A stretch of DNA of 64,000 bases, taken from positions 1,550,001 through 1,614,000 of the forward strand of contig JBLDXI010000009.1 in assembly GCA_047495785.1 (NCBI GenBank), written 5' to 3'. The notes under the pieces were generated by a model. It did no database searches, had not been told where the DNA came from, and saw only the letters and a program-made list of their open reading frames with translations. Within the stretch, counting starts at the first letter, position 1. Every line of letters starts with the position of its first letter. The position numbers were made by a program, and so were the translations under genes. This document shows, one piece after another, positions 49,888 through 63,655 of this stretch. Source of the DNA: Lepidodermella squamata. Lineage: Eukaryota; Animalia; Gastrotricha.

Positions 49888-50181
49888 ATGAAGGTAAAAC
49901 TCGAATTCAGTGGCGGCTCAGAACTGCTGGTTGGGAAACAGAAAAGTGTTGTCAAAGATCTGCCTGATATCAATGCGAAATGGACGATTCGATCGGTTAT
50001 TGCCTGGGTGAGGGATAATATGGTGACAGAACGGCCTGATTTATTGGTCCAGGGCGATACAGTTCGGCCTGGAATTTTGGTTCTAGTGAATGATACCGAT
50101 TGGGAACTACTCGGCACCCTCGACTATGAAGTTCAAGAGAACGATGCGATCTCTTTCATTTCGACTCTTCATGGTGGTTGA
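49888..50181 (+). CDS. URM1: Ubiquitin-related modifier 1
   Basis: [36 protein letters not shown]. Confidence 0.97.
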   Translation: MKVKLEFSGGSELLVGKQKSVVKDLPDINAKWTIRSVIAWVRDNMVTERPDLLVQGDTVRPGILVLVNDTDWELLGTLDYEVQENDAISFISTLHGG

Positions 50182-50274
50182 TAAATCGTGATATTTTGTG
50201 CGAAGAAATGAATAAATTTTATTTGTTGCCTCAGATTCCAGATTTTCCGTGTAGAATTTTATCAATTTGGTTAA

Positions 50275-52418
50275 ATGTCTTCCTCGTCTGATGAAGAAGT
50301 CCTGGCTAGTAAGAAGGAACTGCGCCTCGATTCCTCTATTAGCCATCGCGATAGTGAAGAAGAAGCGCCGCTGAAGAAGAAAAACGCGAAAAAACCTGAG
50401 AAGAAGAGCAAGAAAATTGCATCTGACGATGAAGAAAGCGAGGAGAAGATGCAGGTTGATAATAGCAGCAATGACAGCAGCGATGTTCCATTGTCCAAGG
50501 TGAAGAAAGGTGAGGAGATGTTGTCTCCAGTGTCCACTAAAGCTCGGCTAACCGTAAATCGGGTTTTAGGTGACCATGAATCTGAAAACGAAGAAAAACC
50601 AACAAAGGCTAAAAAATCGACTGGGAAAGGGGCTAAGAAGGATTCGAAGAAGATCAAGTCGAAAAAAGCTGAAGATGAAAAGGAGAAACCTCCGGCGAAA
50701 AAGCCGGCCGCTGCTAAAAATACCAAGTCCAAGCCCAAAATTCAACGGAAAAAGGGTAGAAAGGTCGAAAGTGAAGACGAATCTGAGAGCGAATCCGAAG
50801 CCTTAGCTTCATCTGAATCCGAGTCCGAATCGTCGTCGTCATCCGAGGACGAAAAGCCTGTCCAGAAGAAGAAAGCTGCGTCCAAAAAAGCGAAACCTAG
50901 CGCCAAGAAAGTGACGTCTGAATCCGAAGATTCGAACCAGGTTCTGGCCAAAGTCGTGAAAAAACCTGCGAAAGCTGCCTCTGATTCTGAAAGCGACGAA
51001 CCCTTGAGCAAGGCAGCTAAAAAGCCAACGAAAGAAGATGATGAAAAATCAGAAGCCGCCTCGGAAGAAAGTGACAAGCCTCTGAAGAAAAATGCTGCGA
51101 AAAAACCTGCTAGCAAGAAGCCGGCTGAGCCGAAGAAAACTCCTGCCGTTAAAAAGGCGAAAAATGAGAAGAAATCGGACGATGCAGCAATCGCGGCTAG
51201 AAAGAAGGCAACACCTGCGAGGAAAAAGGCATCGTCTAAAGAGATGGTTTCGTCGTCTCAAAGCAGCAGTGATGAACCGATTGCTAAAGTAATCACTAAA
51301 TCGGAACCTAAGAAAGCCGCACCGAAAAACAAAAAGATTGACTCTGAATCCGAAAGTTCTGACTCTGACGAACCTCTGCAGAAAATTGCTGAAAAGGAAA
51401 TCTCGCCGAAAGTCGAAGCTAAGAAGTCGAAAATCGACTCAAATTCTGACTCGGATGAGCCATTGATTGCAAAGAAATCGTCCCCGGCTAAAAAGGCCGA
51501 GTCTGATGACGAGAAAATGGATGCTGATGAAAAACCTGTGCCAAAGCAGCCAGCAGATAGTGACAGCGATTCATCTTCCGATTCATCAACTGATACTAGC
51601 GTTCATGATGATGATGACGAAGAAGATGAAAAGCCGAAGAAGTCAGCCCCTGCCCCGGCCAAAAAGACTGCGGAAAATGACGGCGAGACAACTGATACGA
51701 GCTTGGAATCGGACAGCGATGACAAACCTATTGCGAAGCTTCCTGAGAAGAAAATCGAGCCATCCGAGACGAAGAAGCCCGAGGCGAAGAGCCGAAAACG
51801 CAAGCAATCGGATAGCGAAAATCCCTCGACAAATTCGAAAAAATCGAAGAAAAATTGTAAATCCCCCTTAATTTTTTCGAAATAAAAATGCATTTATTTT
51901 TTCTTATAGCAGTGTCCTCGCCTGGTGAACCCGAAGAAGGAAAGGGCCACCTAGAAAAGTTGATCAAGATCGCTGCAGCTTGTGGAAGCAGCCGGATGTT
52001 TGTCGGAAAAATGCTGAAAAAATTCGAGACGAATTCGGCGAAAATTGACGCAGTTAAAAAATTGCTCCGTGATCTGGGCATGGAAGGCCGGCCGTCAATG
52101 GAGAAAGCCGAGCATGTTAAAATGATCCGCGAACTGAAGGAACTCACCGGCGGTAACGATGTGGTAATTGATGACGATGATGGCGGAAAACGAACCAGGG
52201 CAACTCGCGGCAGCCGGCCGTTGAAATCGCACCAGAAAGTTCCGAGTCCGAAACCGGTGATGAAAAAGAAGAAAAAAGCTGTGATGTCGTCAGAAAGTGG
52301 CTCAGATGCTGAAAATAAGGCCGATAAAATGAGCGATGATGACGATGAAAACAATTCAGCTGCTAGTTCGCCCTTCGCCGCAGGACTTGCAGACATCGTC
52401 GATGCCGGTTCACCTTGA
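50275..52418 (+). CDS. HIRIP3: HIRIP3-like histone chaperone
   Basis: Long K/E/S/D low-complexity region with SDSDEPL repeats, intron from 51857, then a C-terminal domain LEKLIKIAAACG...LRDLGMEGRPSMEKAEHVK. Confidence 0.72.
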
Positions 52419-52722
52419 ACAAAATGCCACCTTAAAAGCGTTGAATTTATCTACCTGACAATGAATATCGTTTGATCTTTGACAATTTCATGCAATCTCT
52501 TTTCTAATTTCAATCGCATTATAGTGAAACGAGGTTTTACGTTGATTTTTCAAATCTTCTTATTATCAATATTACACAATCGAACGTAGTGGAATAAAAT
52601 TGCAATGATACTACTAAAAATTATCGAGTTTTTATTTGAAAAATCTATTACTGAAAATTACTCTGTTTTAAATCACAACTTGACTTGAATCTGGTCTGAC
52701 TCGATAGCTATAATCACACTGA

Positions 52723-53375
52723 TCAATCCTTATGCGAGTGTCTTTGAAAAATTAATCGTTCCAAGTTAGCAAATGGCATTTCAACCATCACAGTCACAAT
52801 AGGAACACACAAGAAGGTGACAAATCCTGATGCTATGTAAGGGTTCCGCATCGTCCACAGGTACAGCCGTATCAGGAACGGGTGCATCAGGTAGGCGGCA
52901 AAAGTCAGTCGGGATAACACAACGAGAGTGCTTGATGCCAAAAGTTTGCGAATGACATTGCCCGGAAATATCCCAGTGATACAGGCGTAGATTAGCCAAG
53001 TTAAGGCGATTCCCCACGCGACTCGAGATGCCGCCCAGTACAGGTGGGAGATGACGTCAGGTAGAGCATATTGGCCACGGTAAACAGGCCACATCCCGAA
53101 AACCATCAAAAAGCCGAGAACGAAAGACGTAATCCAGCCGACGACTCCGATCACCTAAAATCAAAGTTCGAAATTTTTTTTGAAATACGTTCTGCCCTGA
53201 AGACGGGGGTTCGCAAATGAAGGGGGCATGCGGTTGAGCGCGCAGCCGAAAGCCAGCCCAATCGCCCAACAAGTAGCCCGATTCCAGGGCATGGTGAAGA
53301 AGTCGCCAATAAACTGCTCCTTAAATTCGGTAACATTGTATGGCATGCTGCTGTTGTTGATCACAAGTGCCAGCG
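52723..53375 (-). pseudogene. NRF-6/acyltransferase-3 family 3' fragment
   Basis: FTMPWNRA, SRVAWGIALTWLIYAC, LSRLTFAAYLMHP, VEMPFANLE; 5' two-thirds missing, replaced by unrelated sequence from ~53380. Confidence 0.75.
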
Positions 53376-54984
53376 GAGCTCCGTAAACGTTGTACTAATA
53401 AAATTTCATCGAATTCCGTGGGTCACTTCTATTGTACCTTTGCGGCCATCAAACCGTTCAGGCTCGTTCAGGTTCCCGGCTCTAACAAGTCGGCCGCTTC
53501 GGGTGTGGGGGCTTGCGGGTTCGGCGTCAACCGGCGCAATCGAACGACGTAGTCGTTGAGATAGATGCAGCACCGCTGCGTGTCAGCTATCCAAGCCTCC
53601 TTCGGGCGTGTTTCGTTCGGAAAGTTGACTTTGACCCATTCGACAAAGCGTTTAAAGTGATACGTTGACTGGCGCTTTGTTTGCGACCCAGCGTAAATGT
53701 TTTCGATGAACGCGACCAGGCGTTGAATAGCTGCCTGCAGCTCCATTTTCTCGAGTTCTGCACAGGCGGCCAGGTAACCATTTATCTCCTCGATCGAATG
53801 CCCGTCCCAGTCAGACCGGCCGAAATATTTCAAAAGGCGCACTTTATCCTCGACGACTACGCGTCAGGTGGCCTATACTCTTCGTTATCTTCGACTAAAA
53901 TTAATAAAAAAAATTAAATAACCACTAGCAACATTTTAGGTAAGTCGCTGATTTGCGGCTTGTTGTAGTTGCCGCCTAAAGTCCTCACGCATCATTTCTT
54001 TAGCCAAGAGAAAATCACGATAATATTTCTTGCTCATGTTGAAAAAAGGTAGCAATATTTTTCGTATGAAAGCCATGCCATCACTAACTTCTTTTATATA
54101 ACCGACTTCTTCACAGATAGCTACAAACATATCGTAACAACTTGGCATTTTCTTCGCTATTCGACTCAAAAATTCATCGTCAAGATACAAACCAGGCCTA
54201 CAATGATACAAAAATGACCCGTCAGGGAGCTGATAGCTAGTAGGAGGTGGGCGAAGGCCCATAGAAATTAGCGATATATTTTTATGGATGAACATGCGGC
54301 GGCGCTGCGCAAATGTAAAAAAAATCGCACTTGGACTTCTTCTGTGCGCGTTAGATCGCTAAAAAAGTGTCGCTGAAACAGTTTTTCGCATGCAAAAACA
54401 ACCTGAGCCGTTTCAATTCAACATTAAGAATCGCGTTGAATACGAATAAGAATACGTATGCTCTCTGTCGAAAAATGCCGATTCCGCATTCAAAGTTAAT
54501 CAAGAAATTGGTTAAAAATCGAAGCAAGTCGGGAAAACATCGGCTCAAAATTAGAGCGATCAACACCATAAACAGATATGTAAAAATCGGCGAAATAGCG
54601 GAAGCGTAACATGTACATCGAAAATTCGGGTTTAGCAACAAGTTTATCGAGAAAGCGCTGCTTAAGACAACAGGTCCTTCGACCTCCAGAGTTGAACATC
54701 TCGCCATGATCAGTGGTAACGTCGACTACGAAACAGTGCTGGCGAACAGTGCTGTAAAATCCGTTTTTCAGGTCATGTGCAACAAGGCTGGGTTCAAAAT
54801 AGGTGGTGTAGAGTGTGCTCATGGATGCGCTGTGGGTGAAAAATATGTAAAGGGGCAACTTGACATATATTTTGACTTTTGGCTTTCACACATTTGTAAT
54901 TTTTATTGCTTTTATATCAGACTTCGTCTAGGTTCGATTTCGATAAATCAGGTCACGATTATATTTGAATGATATAGTACTATT

Positions 54985-55320
54985 ATATTTTTTCCTTCAT
55001 CGTAGTAATACGATGTTATAATGGAAATGTATAGTAGCACATAGACCAATGCGATAAAACAGATGGTAACATGGTTGTAGTAGGTTAGGCATGGAGTTTT
55101 TTGCCTGCTGGGCAAACATATGAAGACAGCTTTTGTATATCTACTCAATAATAGCCACAAAGACGCTATGGTGAACAGAAAACTCAGAATCGTAGAAAAA
55201 CGAGTGAGCCATGTGAATTTACATGATGAAAATTCAGCGAAATTTGCATAGCGATTGTTGAAAGAACCGAATTGACAATATTTACAACTATTTTTGTATA
55301 ATATGCGTTTTAAAAATTTT
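54985..55320 (+). repeat. Interspersed repeat, copy 2
   Basis: Direct match to 26790-27111 with small indels. Confidence 0.85.
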
Positions 55321-55400
55321 GAATTTTCATAATTGGACTAGAGCAGTGAAAAAAATCGCAAGACACTAGAATTGAAGTCTAATTCGATTCAATTGAAAAT

Positions 55401-55909
55401 CTAAGCAATGATTGGCGGCAGAGTAGTAGTAGTAGTAGTTACTGATGTAGGTTTACCAGTTGTCGTTGTTACTTGTTCAACCTCGTTTTCATCGACATCG
55501 TCGTCATCCATGTGCTCCGCAACGTGATGCACATTTTCGAAGCGATGCGCAACGAAGTTTTTGACATGTCGCATGAGCAGGTTGTGCACTGGAGTATCGG
55601 GCCTTTCCGTGCCAAAGAATAGATCGTAGACGAATCGAATCAAAGCTGGCTGCGGGCGCGGTTTTTCAGTGGCTCCTTCTTCTTCTTCGAAAGGCGGACG
55701 TTTAGTCAACACTAAATATTGGCGTAAAATGTCAAGATATTTTATCGGAAAAAGATTCACGTACTTAGCAGCATCCGTTCAATCGGGCTCAAGGTCAACG
55801 GTCTGCTTGGTGTGGATGTTTCGGCTTCTCCAGTTGAAGCAATCGGATCAGCCTGGGAGAGGCCAGCCACCGCGCTGATAGCAGCGAATAGGAAAATGCT
55901 AGAATTCAT
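55401..55909 (-). CDS. Orphan secreted protein (2 exons)
   Basis: MNSSIFLFAAISAVAGLSQA signal peptide, phase-1 intron ~55712-55764, acidic/His patch and Thr-rich tail; TATAAATA at ~55982-55989. Confidence 0.7.
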
Positions 55910-56864
55910 TTTGAGCTTGCGGTGAAGTTCGGTGAATATTAAAATTGCGTTGAATTGTTCAGAGTACTTGTCGACCAGAAGTATTTATAGTCCGCGTTCG
56001 TAACGCTCCTATAGGGTAAACGGATTAAACATCATCGCGAATGAGGTCATATTGTTCAAAGTTTAGTGTTGGGTAATCCTAAACGCTAACATTTCGAAAT
56101 TTCCTTCAATTTTTTACAGCACCAGCTGGTGCTTTTGTTTATAAAAATGTGCATTATAATCAACCCCACCGACTCGTGCTGGGACAGCATGCTGGTGCGC
56201 ACGCGAGAGTGCGTAATATAACCGATTGCTAACGTGAAAAACAACATCCCATGATGAAATCGATAGTACAAATCAATAAAAACAAGTGATTCACTGGCTG
56301 GGAATGCAGTATTGAACCTACTGAAGAGATTTTATGGACCTATCGATATCGATAAATAACCATTCACCCACGAAGCGCACTTAAATGTAAGCATATTAAT
56401 GCACTGGGAACAAAGTTCACTTTTTTCCTTCATTTCGAACTTGTTATAGTCCTTAATTATTTTATGGACTTTGGACTAGTTTTACAACAAGGGCTAGTTA
56501 GCACACGAGTTTGCAACGAAGCGGTGTTGAATTTCCAGAAGCACGCCGGCGGGGCGATGACACACCGGCGACGTGTCTGCGGTTCAAAATGCTAATTAGG
56601 TTTTTTTTCCGGCGCGCCGATCTCAGGTTAATGTTTTACCGGTAGAATTATGACTATTCACCACTTGCACCACTCCTGTCAGAAAAAACCCAGACATCAA
56701 GTAAATAAAAACGGCTCATTCCCCGAAATTAAGGATTCGAATAATTCTTTATTCTGGAGTATCACAATCACGCGATAAAAATATTTAGCGCCGTAAGAAT
56801 TGCGTTAATACAGCACCACCATTATAGTAATCTCGGATATAACGTTGAACTGAAAGAGCGCCAC

Positions 56865-59383
56865 TTAGAAATCACCTTCAGTGCCGGCTAATATGCCCAA
56901 AAACCGGTCGCATAGCTTCTTAGATAGCTCATCGTCATTATCGGCCAGGGTTGGATGAATTTCGTTGACCAACTTCATAATTCCATCTTTGTGCAACATC
57001 TCTTCGTAAGATTTCGAAATGTTAGCCTTTGCCACCAAGGTCTGAAATATCGAGAAAGTTATTCAAAATTTAATTTCAATTTTATCCATTACCAGTGCCC
57101 ATAGAACCCAGTGTCGAACAGCTTTGAAGCCTGAACTCAATAGCAGAGGAGTGAAAGGTCTCAAAGTCCGAAAAGAACACGGTAGATATTCGGGTGGCTG
57201 TTGATTCGTTATACTCTCCGTTAAAGCTTTATCCAAATCGCTTAATTTGTCTGGAAAATTCGACCTGCAGTCATTGTCCATCAAAATATTAGCGATTATG
57301 CCCCCGACAAGGTAGTGCCGACCGCAATCCTCGACCTCTTTCAACCGCCAGACGAGTTCATCGATGAGTTCTGGGGCTTCCATTAACTTTACCCGGAGAC
57401 TAGGTACTTCAGCTACGTTATACAGAGTTCCAAGGACGCGTTCTTCCAAGCCGCAGATAAAACCAGGATCTTTTTCGTTCGCACCTCGTGCCGTTTCCAT
57501 GATCGATCGAAATTTGCGGAAAAGCTGACCGTAGCATTGAAAACCGTCGTGTTCGTAAAAGCGTTCGCAGTTAACCGGATTCTCGTCGGTTAAATTCCAA
57601 AATGCCGAGAGGCTAAAAAAGAAATTTTAGCGGAAAAATTACGCCAGTGTAGATTTTAGATTTACCTCGCTTCAAAAGCTTGAGAGTGCAACAACTCCTC
57701 CACATCAGTGTCGTCAGTAATGAGGGAAGCTCGAAAGATCGGGGCTAAAAGCACCTTCCAGTCGTGAGGGGATGCCATCAATTCAGAAGCTAAAGTCTTC
57801 CAACTATCGGCATTAGCTTATAAAAATCGTAATATCTTACCCTGAGAAATGCTTAGCCTACTTGCGATGATCGAAACTAGAGCGACCAATCGAGTTGAAT
57901 GCGGCTCGACTACAATGCTGTTCAGCCTGAGATGATAGAGCAGAGCCGAAGCGCAGGCAACCCAATCGGCATCACAGTTAAGCAGGTACTGATCGCAAAG
58001 CACAACAGCTGCTTTCCTTGCCATTGGACTAGTCGACGAGAAAATTTCCAGAGCAGACGTTGCCACAGCAACGATTCTAGGCAGAAACTTGCTAGAATGG
58101 CGATAAGCTTGAGGAAGGGAGGCAATAATCGCCAGGCCAGCGTTTTGAATTTGTGGGTTATTAGGCCACAACTGACATGTTTTTATTGCTGTTTGTAATA
58201 TGAGACGTTCGGAATATTCATCCTCAATATCTACCAAGTTCGAGTAGACGATTTCGAGAAGCCCTAATAGGTAATTCGGGCGCATTTGATAGCGATGGTG
58301 CAAGCCTTTCAATACTGATGGAAATGACGATGGCCCGCCGACGTTGATCTTACGTTCCGATGCGATTCCTAAAGAAAATTTGAACAATTTGTTTGAAATA
58401 ATTCTGAACAAATCACCTTCCAGCCATCGCTCAATGTCCTTATCGAAGGCGCAGCCTAGGAATTCGAGTTTTTCGAGGTCTCTAACGCATTTCAACAAAG
58501 CCAGTCTCCCCGTCGCGTGCGACTGAAATTCTCGGCAGGAAATGTCGAGGTACACAAGATCCGGGCAGCTAACAGGCAAGTCGGCCACAAAAGTGTCGAT
58601 AAACGGCAGGTCATGGCTGCTCGTATCATCTGTATCAATTGCGCTCGTTTTGCTACCGGAGATATCCAGATGCTTCAATTTAACCAGATGACTTAAAATA
58701 TCGAAAGTTTGATGATCAAGCAGGGCTGGAATATCGTGGATAGAAAGACGCTGCAAAACGGAACGGTGGCTGGTTAATGCAGCAATACTATCAACCCGCG
58801 TCCCGGATATATCTAAACCTTCGAGTTTGATTAACGAAGCTAAGACAATTTCAAGCTCTTTAGTTTCGAAGGATGAGCAGAACGCGACGCTTAAACATCG
58901 CAAATTTTTTAAACTTGCAATACGTAGCACCATCGCTTCATTCAACGAGTTGAAAAGTAATTCTAATTCGATTAAATTTTGCGTTGACCAGTTGCTCAGA
59001 TGTTTGAGAATCCCTTCGTCGGTATCGTCGTCGTTAATCCGAGTAACCAATCCAGCTTCGTCGAACTTTTTCTGGCAGCTGAAGAAGAGTTTTTTGAGCT
59101 TTTGACTTTTCAAAACTTCAAGCCCGGCGTCGCTCAATTTTTCACGCCATCTTTTCGCAATCACTGGATAAATCGAGGCCGTTGTTATTGTGACGAGATC
59201 GCTTCTAAAAAGCCGCATTGTAAAGTCGTTCAGTTGCCCATTCGAGCTCAGTATTTGCATTAAAACATCGCCAATCGTGAAGGGCAGCGGGGCGGTGATC
59301 AGCTGGTCCAAATCGCTCGACGAATGGCATGCTTGTACCAATTGTTTCGCCGCTTCAGCTAGGGCTAAATGAAAAAGCGGCAT
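56865..59383 (-). CDS. ZYG11/ZER1-like LRR-ARM CUL2 substrate adaptor
   Basis: N-terminal VHL-box-like segment, LRRs (LDISGT, LDISGS, LDISC), SAFWNLTDENPVNC, VLGTLYNVAEVPSLR, SFRTLRPF..HWVLWAL; 4 exons. Confidence 0.85.
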
Positions 59384-60748
59384 GATTTTTATGGATGTAA
59401 AGGTGAGTAGTACTAGCTATGAAAAACCAGCTGTGCTACACTAATACAGAACAATTACGTCCATAGCGATAAAGACCAGTGTCAGATATGAGCTTTCATG
59501 CACGTATGAATGAATCAGCCCTCTTTTTGCTTCACATGCATCTGTGTATGTTTTTTTCTCTCGTAATTATTACTCATTCATAAAAAGTCAACCCTTTCAA
59601 TTGCAGACGTTTCAATTTTTACTACAAAAAGATTTTTAATGCCATTTCAAGATTTAACAAAAAATACCTGCATGTGACATTGCTTTGCCACTCAGTTTTC
59701 AGATTCAGAAGAAAAGAAGAACAATATCACAAAGATTTTTACACAGATCGAGTGAAGTTTTAGAAATCGAAAATTAACTTTAACGGACGCGGCAGAGAAA
59801 AGAGTGAGATGCACCCGAAAATTCAGTATTTTATGTTACATGGGCGCTCGAGACTTGGCTTACATCGTTTTCTACTTTTCAGGAATTTTCACGCAGTATT
59901 TCTTGAAGAAACTGCAAACATAGAGTAATTACGGTTTTAGGCCATGGTAACTTCGCTAAAAAACTGAACAATATGCTAGAAAATCACCGGTCCCAGGGCC
60001 ACACACAAGCGAGATCAGATCATTTTTAGCATTAACCAATATTGGTAATAATATGCATAACAACGCCCGCATTCGCATATCAATACTCGAGTCAAACAGT
60101 CAGCCTTTGAAGGCCCACCTTAACCAACAAAGTTGAAACTACTCAGAAGATCAGAGGAAATATTAGTTCAATTCGGCCGAATAAAAGTTTCGACCTAAAA
60201 AGCTTATACTGTTTTATCATTATTTCAATAATACTTGGACACATTTTTCAGAAGAAGACATTCGTTTAATACAGGTGTAATTTTCACATAAAATAGAAAT
60301 ACGCGATATATATGTCAGCGACAAATATGTACAACATCACGAGAGATGAATGAAAGTTTTTAATACAAAATGACGGATAATAGGACGTTATGCTGTATAG
60401 TTGACTGGTCGAAATCCAACGGCTGCAATGGTGTTGCTGCTTTAGACGTCAACCTACGTACAGTTGAAGAGGGTAATAAGGACGGCCGAAACTATGCTAT
60501 ACAACAGGGAAGGACGAAAGAAGCTCAGCTTTTTTCAATAATATCGATTATATTCGCAAATATAATTGACAGAATTGTGGCTGGCGAAAATCCCCAGGAT
60601 TAATTTAAGGCACCATCTAAAATTTGAAGAAAAATGGTAGAAAATGTTGTTAATGTCTGTTCTTTTAGCTTTTAGCTGAAAATAAAATTAAAATTTTTTG
60701 GGTTGATCTGAAAATAAATAAAAACCGCAAAGTCAAGGGGGTGTATGC

Positions 60749-62695
60749 CTAAAAACGTACCATATCTTCGCTGTCAACGTCGACTTTGATGAAAATGGTG
60801 TCGTCGCGGATGTAATCCCGGGTGTTAAGAATGTCGAGCTCGCAGAATTTCTGGGCTCCGAAGCTCGCGTTTCGCTCGCCCAGCGGTCGGCCCAAGAACG
60901 GCTTGTTTTCTTTGCATGTGTTCGGTTTAACACTGTAAAAAAAATGGGTCGATAACGTCATTGCTCAGTTTAGGCGGTCAAAAAAACCGCGGTCTCGTCC
61001 TACCTATAAGAGACATTGCGTCGGCTGGCGGGATCGAGCGATTGATCGACCAGAGTGAAGGTAACGCGGTGGCTGAACGGCCATTGCAAAAGCGCGTCAT
61101 ACTCGCCTTTGCAAATACAGATGAATATCGACATGTTCTTGCCGCGAACTATAGGGAAGAAAAAAAAACAAAAGGGTTAGGGTGTGCAAGAAATTTTTCT
61201 TATTAATTAATCATGTTGCTAGGGCTAAGCTCCATTGATCGCCCAAGGCACAGGGTGCGCGTTCACACCACAGAGCCAACAACAGCGCAATAACGCACAA
61301 GACCGAAATGACAGGTCAAATCACCTTTGCCGTCGCCGTAAAGGCACGCTGATAGCGCCAGTTTGTAGCCATGCCGACTTGTCAAAAAAGGTGGGCTGAA
61401 AATCGTTGGCTTCGTGCCTGCTTTCGATTCGTTCAATTTCTGAAGACAAAAAGCGATGAAAAAAATTGAAAATTAGGCAGAAGAAAAAAGCAGGACACTA
61501 ACCTCCGTGTAACCGTCTACTTTCCATATTAGCTGACTGCCGTAAAGTTTTTCGAGGTGGTCGACTCGTTTTTCGACCGTTCCGACTCGGTCGCTGACTT
61601 TTTTGACGATTGCGACTTGTTCGTCCATGCCTTGTCGCGCTTTCATGACAAGATCGCACAGTTTTGACAAATGATCGGCCGGGTCTTCGCGAATGTGTTT
61701 TTCCATCTGTTTCCGCTCGGCTTTGAAATCGCACCCGGCTTCAGAGAACGGACAGCTGACTTTCTGTTTCGGGCATTCGGTTGCCAAGTGCTGCTCGACC
61801 TGTTCACGCGGGATTTCCTTCATCTTGCACCCATTCGGGCACGGAACACGGAACTTCCCGCACGTGTTGTAGTGGTCGATTTCATCTTCGAACGCGATCT
61901 CGGCCTGACAAAACTCGCAACGAACGCCTCGTTTCGTGCAGTCCTCGTCGAGATGCTTCTGCACGAACCGCCGCTCGAGGTCGACGCCGCATGCCCGTGG
62001 GCACGGACAGGTGCCGTAGCGGCAGTCGTCGAGGTGGGCCTGTAGTTCGCGGAACAGCCCGATCCACTGGCAGCCGCGCGCTTCGTTCGAGCATTTCACT
62101 TTGAGTGATTCGATCTCGGACTGAAACGCTTTGTCGACGAAGACGCGATCGCGCTCGACCTTGACCTGGTCGATCGGACAACGCGGAGCCACACGCAGTA
62201 GTTCGGGTAGACAACTTGAGCAAACCCGATGGCCGCACTCATCGAATTGAACCGGGTATCGCAGGACGTTGCTGCATACCGGGCAAAGGTAGCGACGATC
62301 TAAACCGCCGATAAAATTCACGCCGGCTACATCGGCATTTCTGAAAAGTTTTAATAGGAACGTTAGAATCAGGAAAGCAACAATCGGTAAAGCCAGTAAT
62401 TGGCTCAATGCTAGAGCTAAAACCAAGTTCATCTCTTTTGATAAAGTGCGGTTTGGATGTCCTCTTTTTGCATAATACAGAGGTCATGAAAAAGGTCTTT
62501 CAGGTGCGCAATCCATTCACGTACAGTTTGGCACTTCGGTGTAATTTTTTATGAAAAGGCAGTAGAAAAAACAAACTTTGACTTGCTGGCTCCGCTGATT
62601 GAAGAAACCTGTGAATGGCCTGACGTTCCTGAGTAAGGTCGCGAGGAAACGTAAGCTCCTCCTCCTCCACTCGCTCCCATATCATAAGACGGCAT
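60749..62695 (-). CDS. TRAF4: TNF receptor-associated factor, TRAF4-like
   Basis: RING (CPVC..CGHRVCSSC..CPID), zf-TRAF repeats, coiled coil, MATH (SPPFLTSRHGYK, GEYDALLQWPF, YIRDDTIFIK). First exon MPSYD (62695-62577) is inferred. Confidence 0.85.
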
Positions 62696-63655
62696 TTTTA
62701 TTGGTGCAGTGTTTTGTTAAATGTTGCGACAATATCGAGAATAATTTTTTTGTTAATTTGTGGAATCGTTTGACGATAAAATGATTACATTCTCGCTCCA
62801 AGGTAATAACCTAAAGAAACAGGAATTTGTTCAATGTAACAAATCAAAACAGGTTTTCGTTAATGCCAAGCTAGAAAAACAGGTGGGGTGGGTAAAAAAA
62901 TTTTCATGACTGCATGATGCAAAAATTATTCCGTGTGCCCTTCGAACCCAGGTGTGAGGCTTTGTCTTAGTACCGTTGTGGTGTGTTGCCTAGAATTAAA
63001 CAAAAGAAGCGTTTGCGCTCGGAGCAGCGCCGCTTCGATTTTGCGAGAAAAATTGTATGATGGACATCCCTTGCCTCCACCGCCGTTGTTCCCTCCTGCG
63101 TTTTTTCTCAGCTGCGACTGAATAAGTAATGCGGCGATGAACAAACGGCGCAAAAAAACTGCGACAGCGAAACAACGATTAAATTGATCTGAGCAGTCAA
63201 ACGAATGCAAACGCGCATATTTAATTACACGAGTTCGATTGACAGAAAGATTTCGTTTTTCGTCATTTCGTCTGCCCTTACGAATGTTTTATTCTCCTCA
63301 AAGTTCGATCCAGCCAAGCCAAACTATCAATCGGTTTCTGCTCGCATGATTTATTCAAGTATCTGAACAACCGCACGTCTGGGCGTATATAAATCAGCGA
63401 ATAGGCATTAAGGTGTATTTTCATAAATAATATCAAGGTAGAAAACAATTACAAGCGTGTCTGAATCACTTGGCACACTGACTTCAGTTAAAACGTAAAT
63501 CACTCACTATGAGCAACAATATTATGCATTTTTATCACAGATTTCAATTAACAATTTTAATGAGTTTGCGTATAAAATTTCAATATTATCACACTATCTA
63601 CCGTATAAAAAGGATCACACTGGAATGGCACTAGGTAATGTATCATCGTTAGAGT

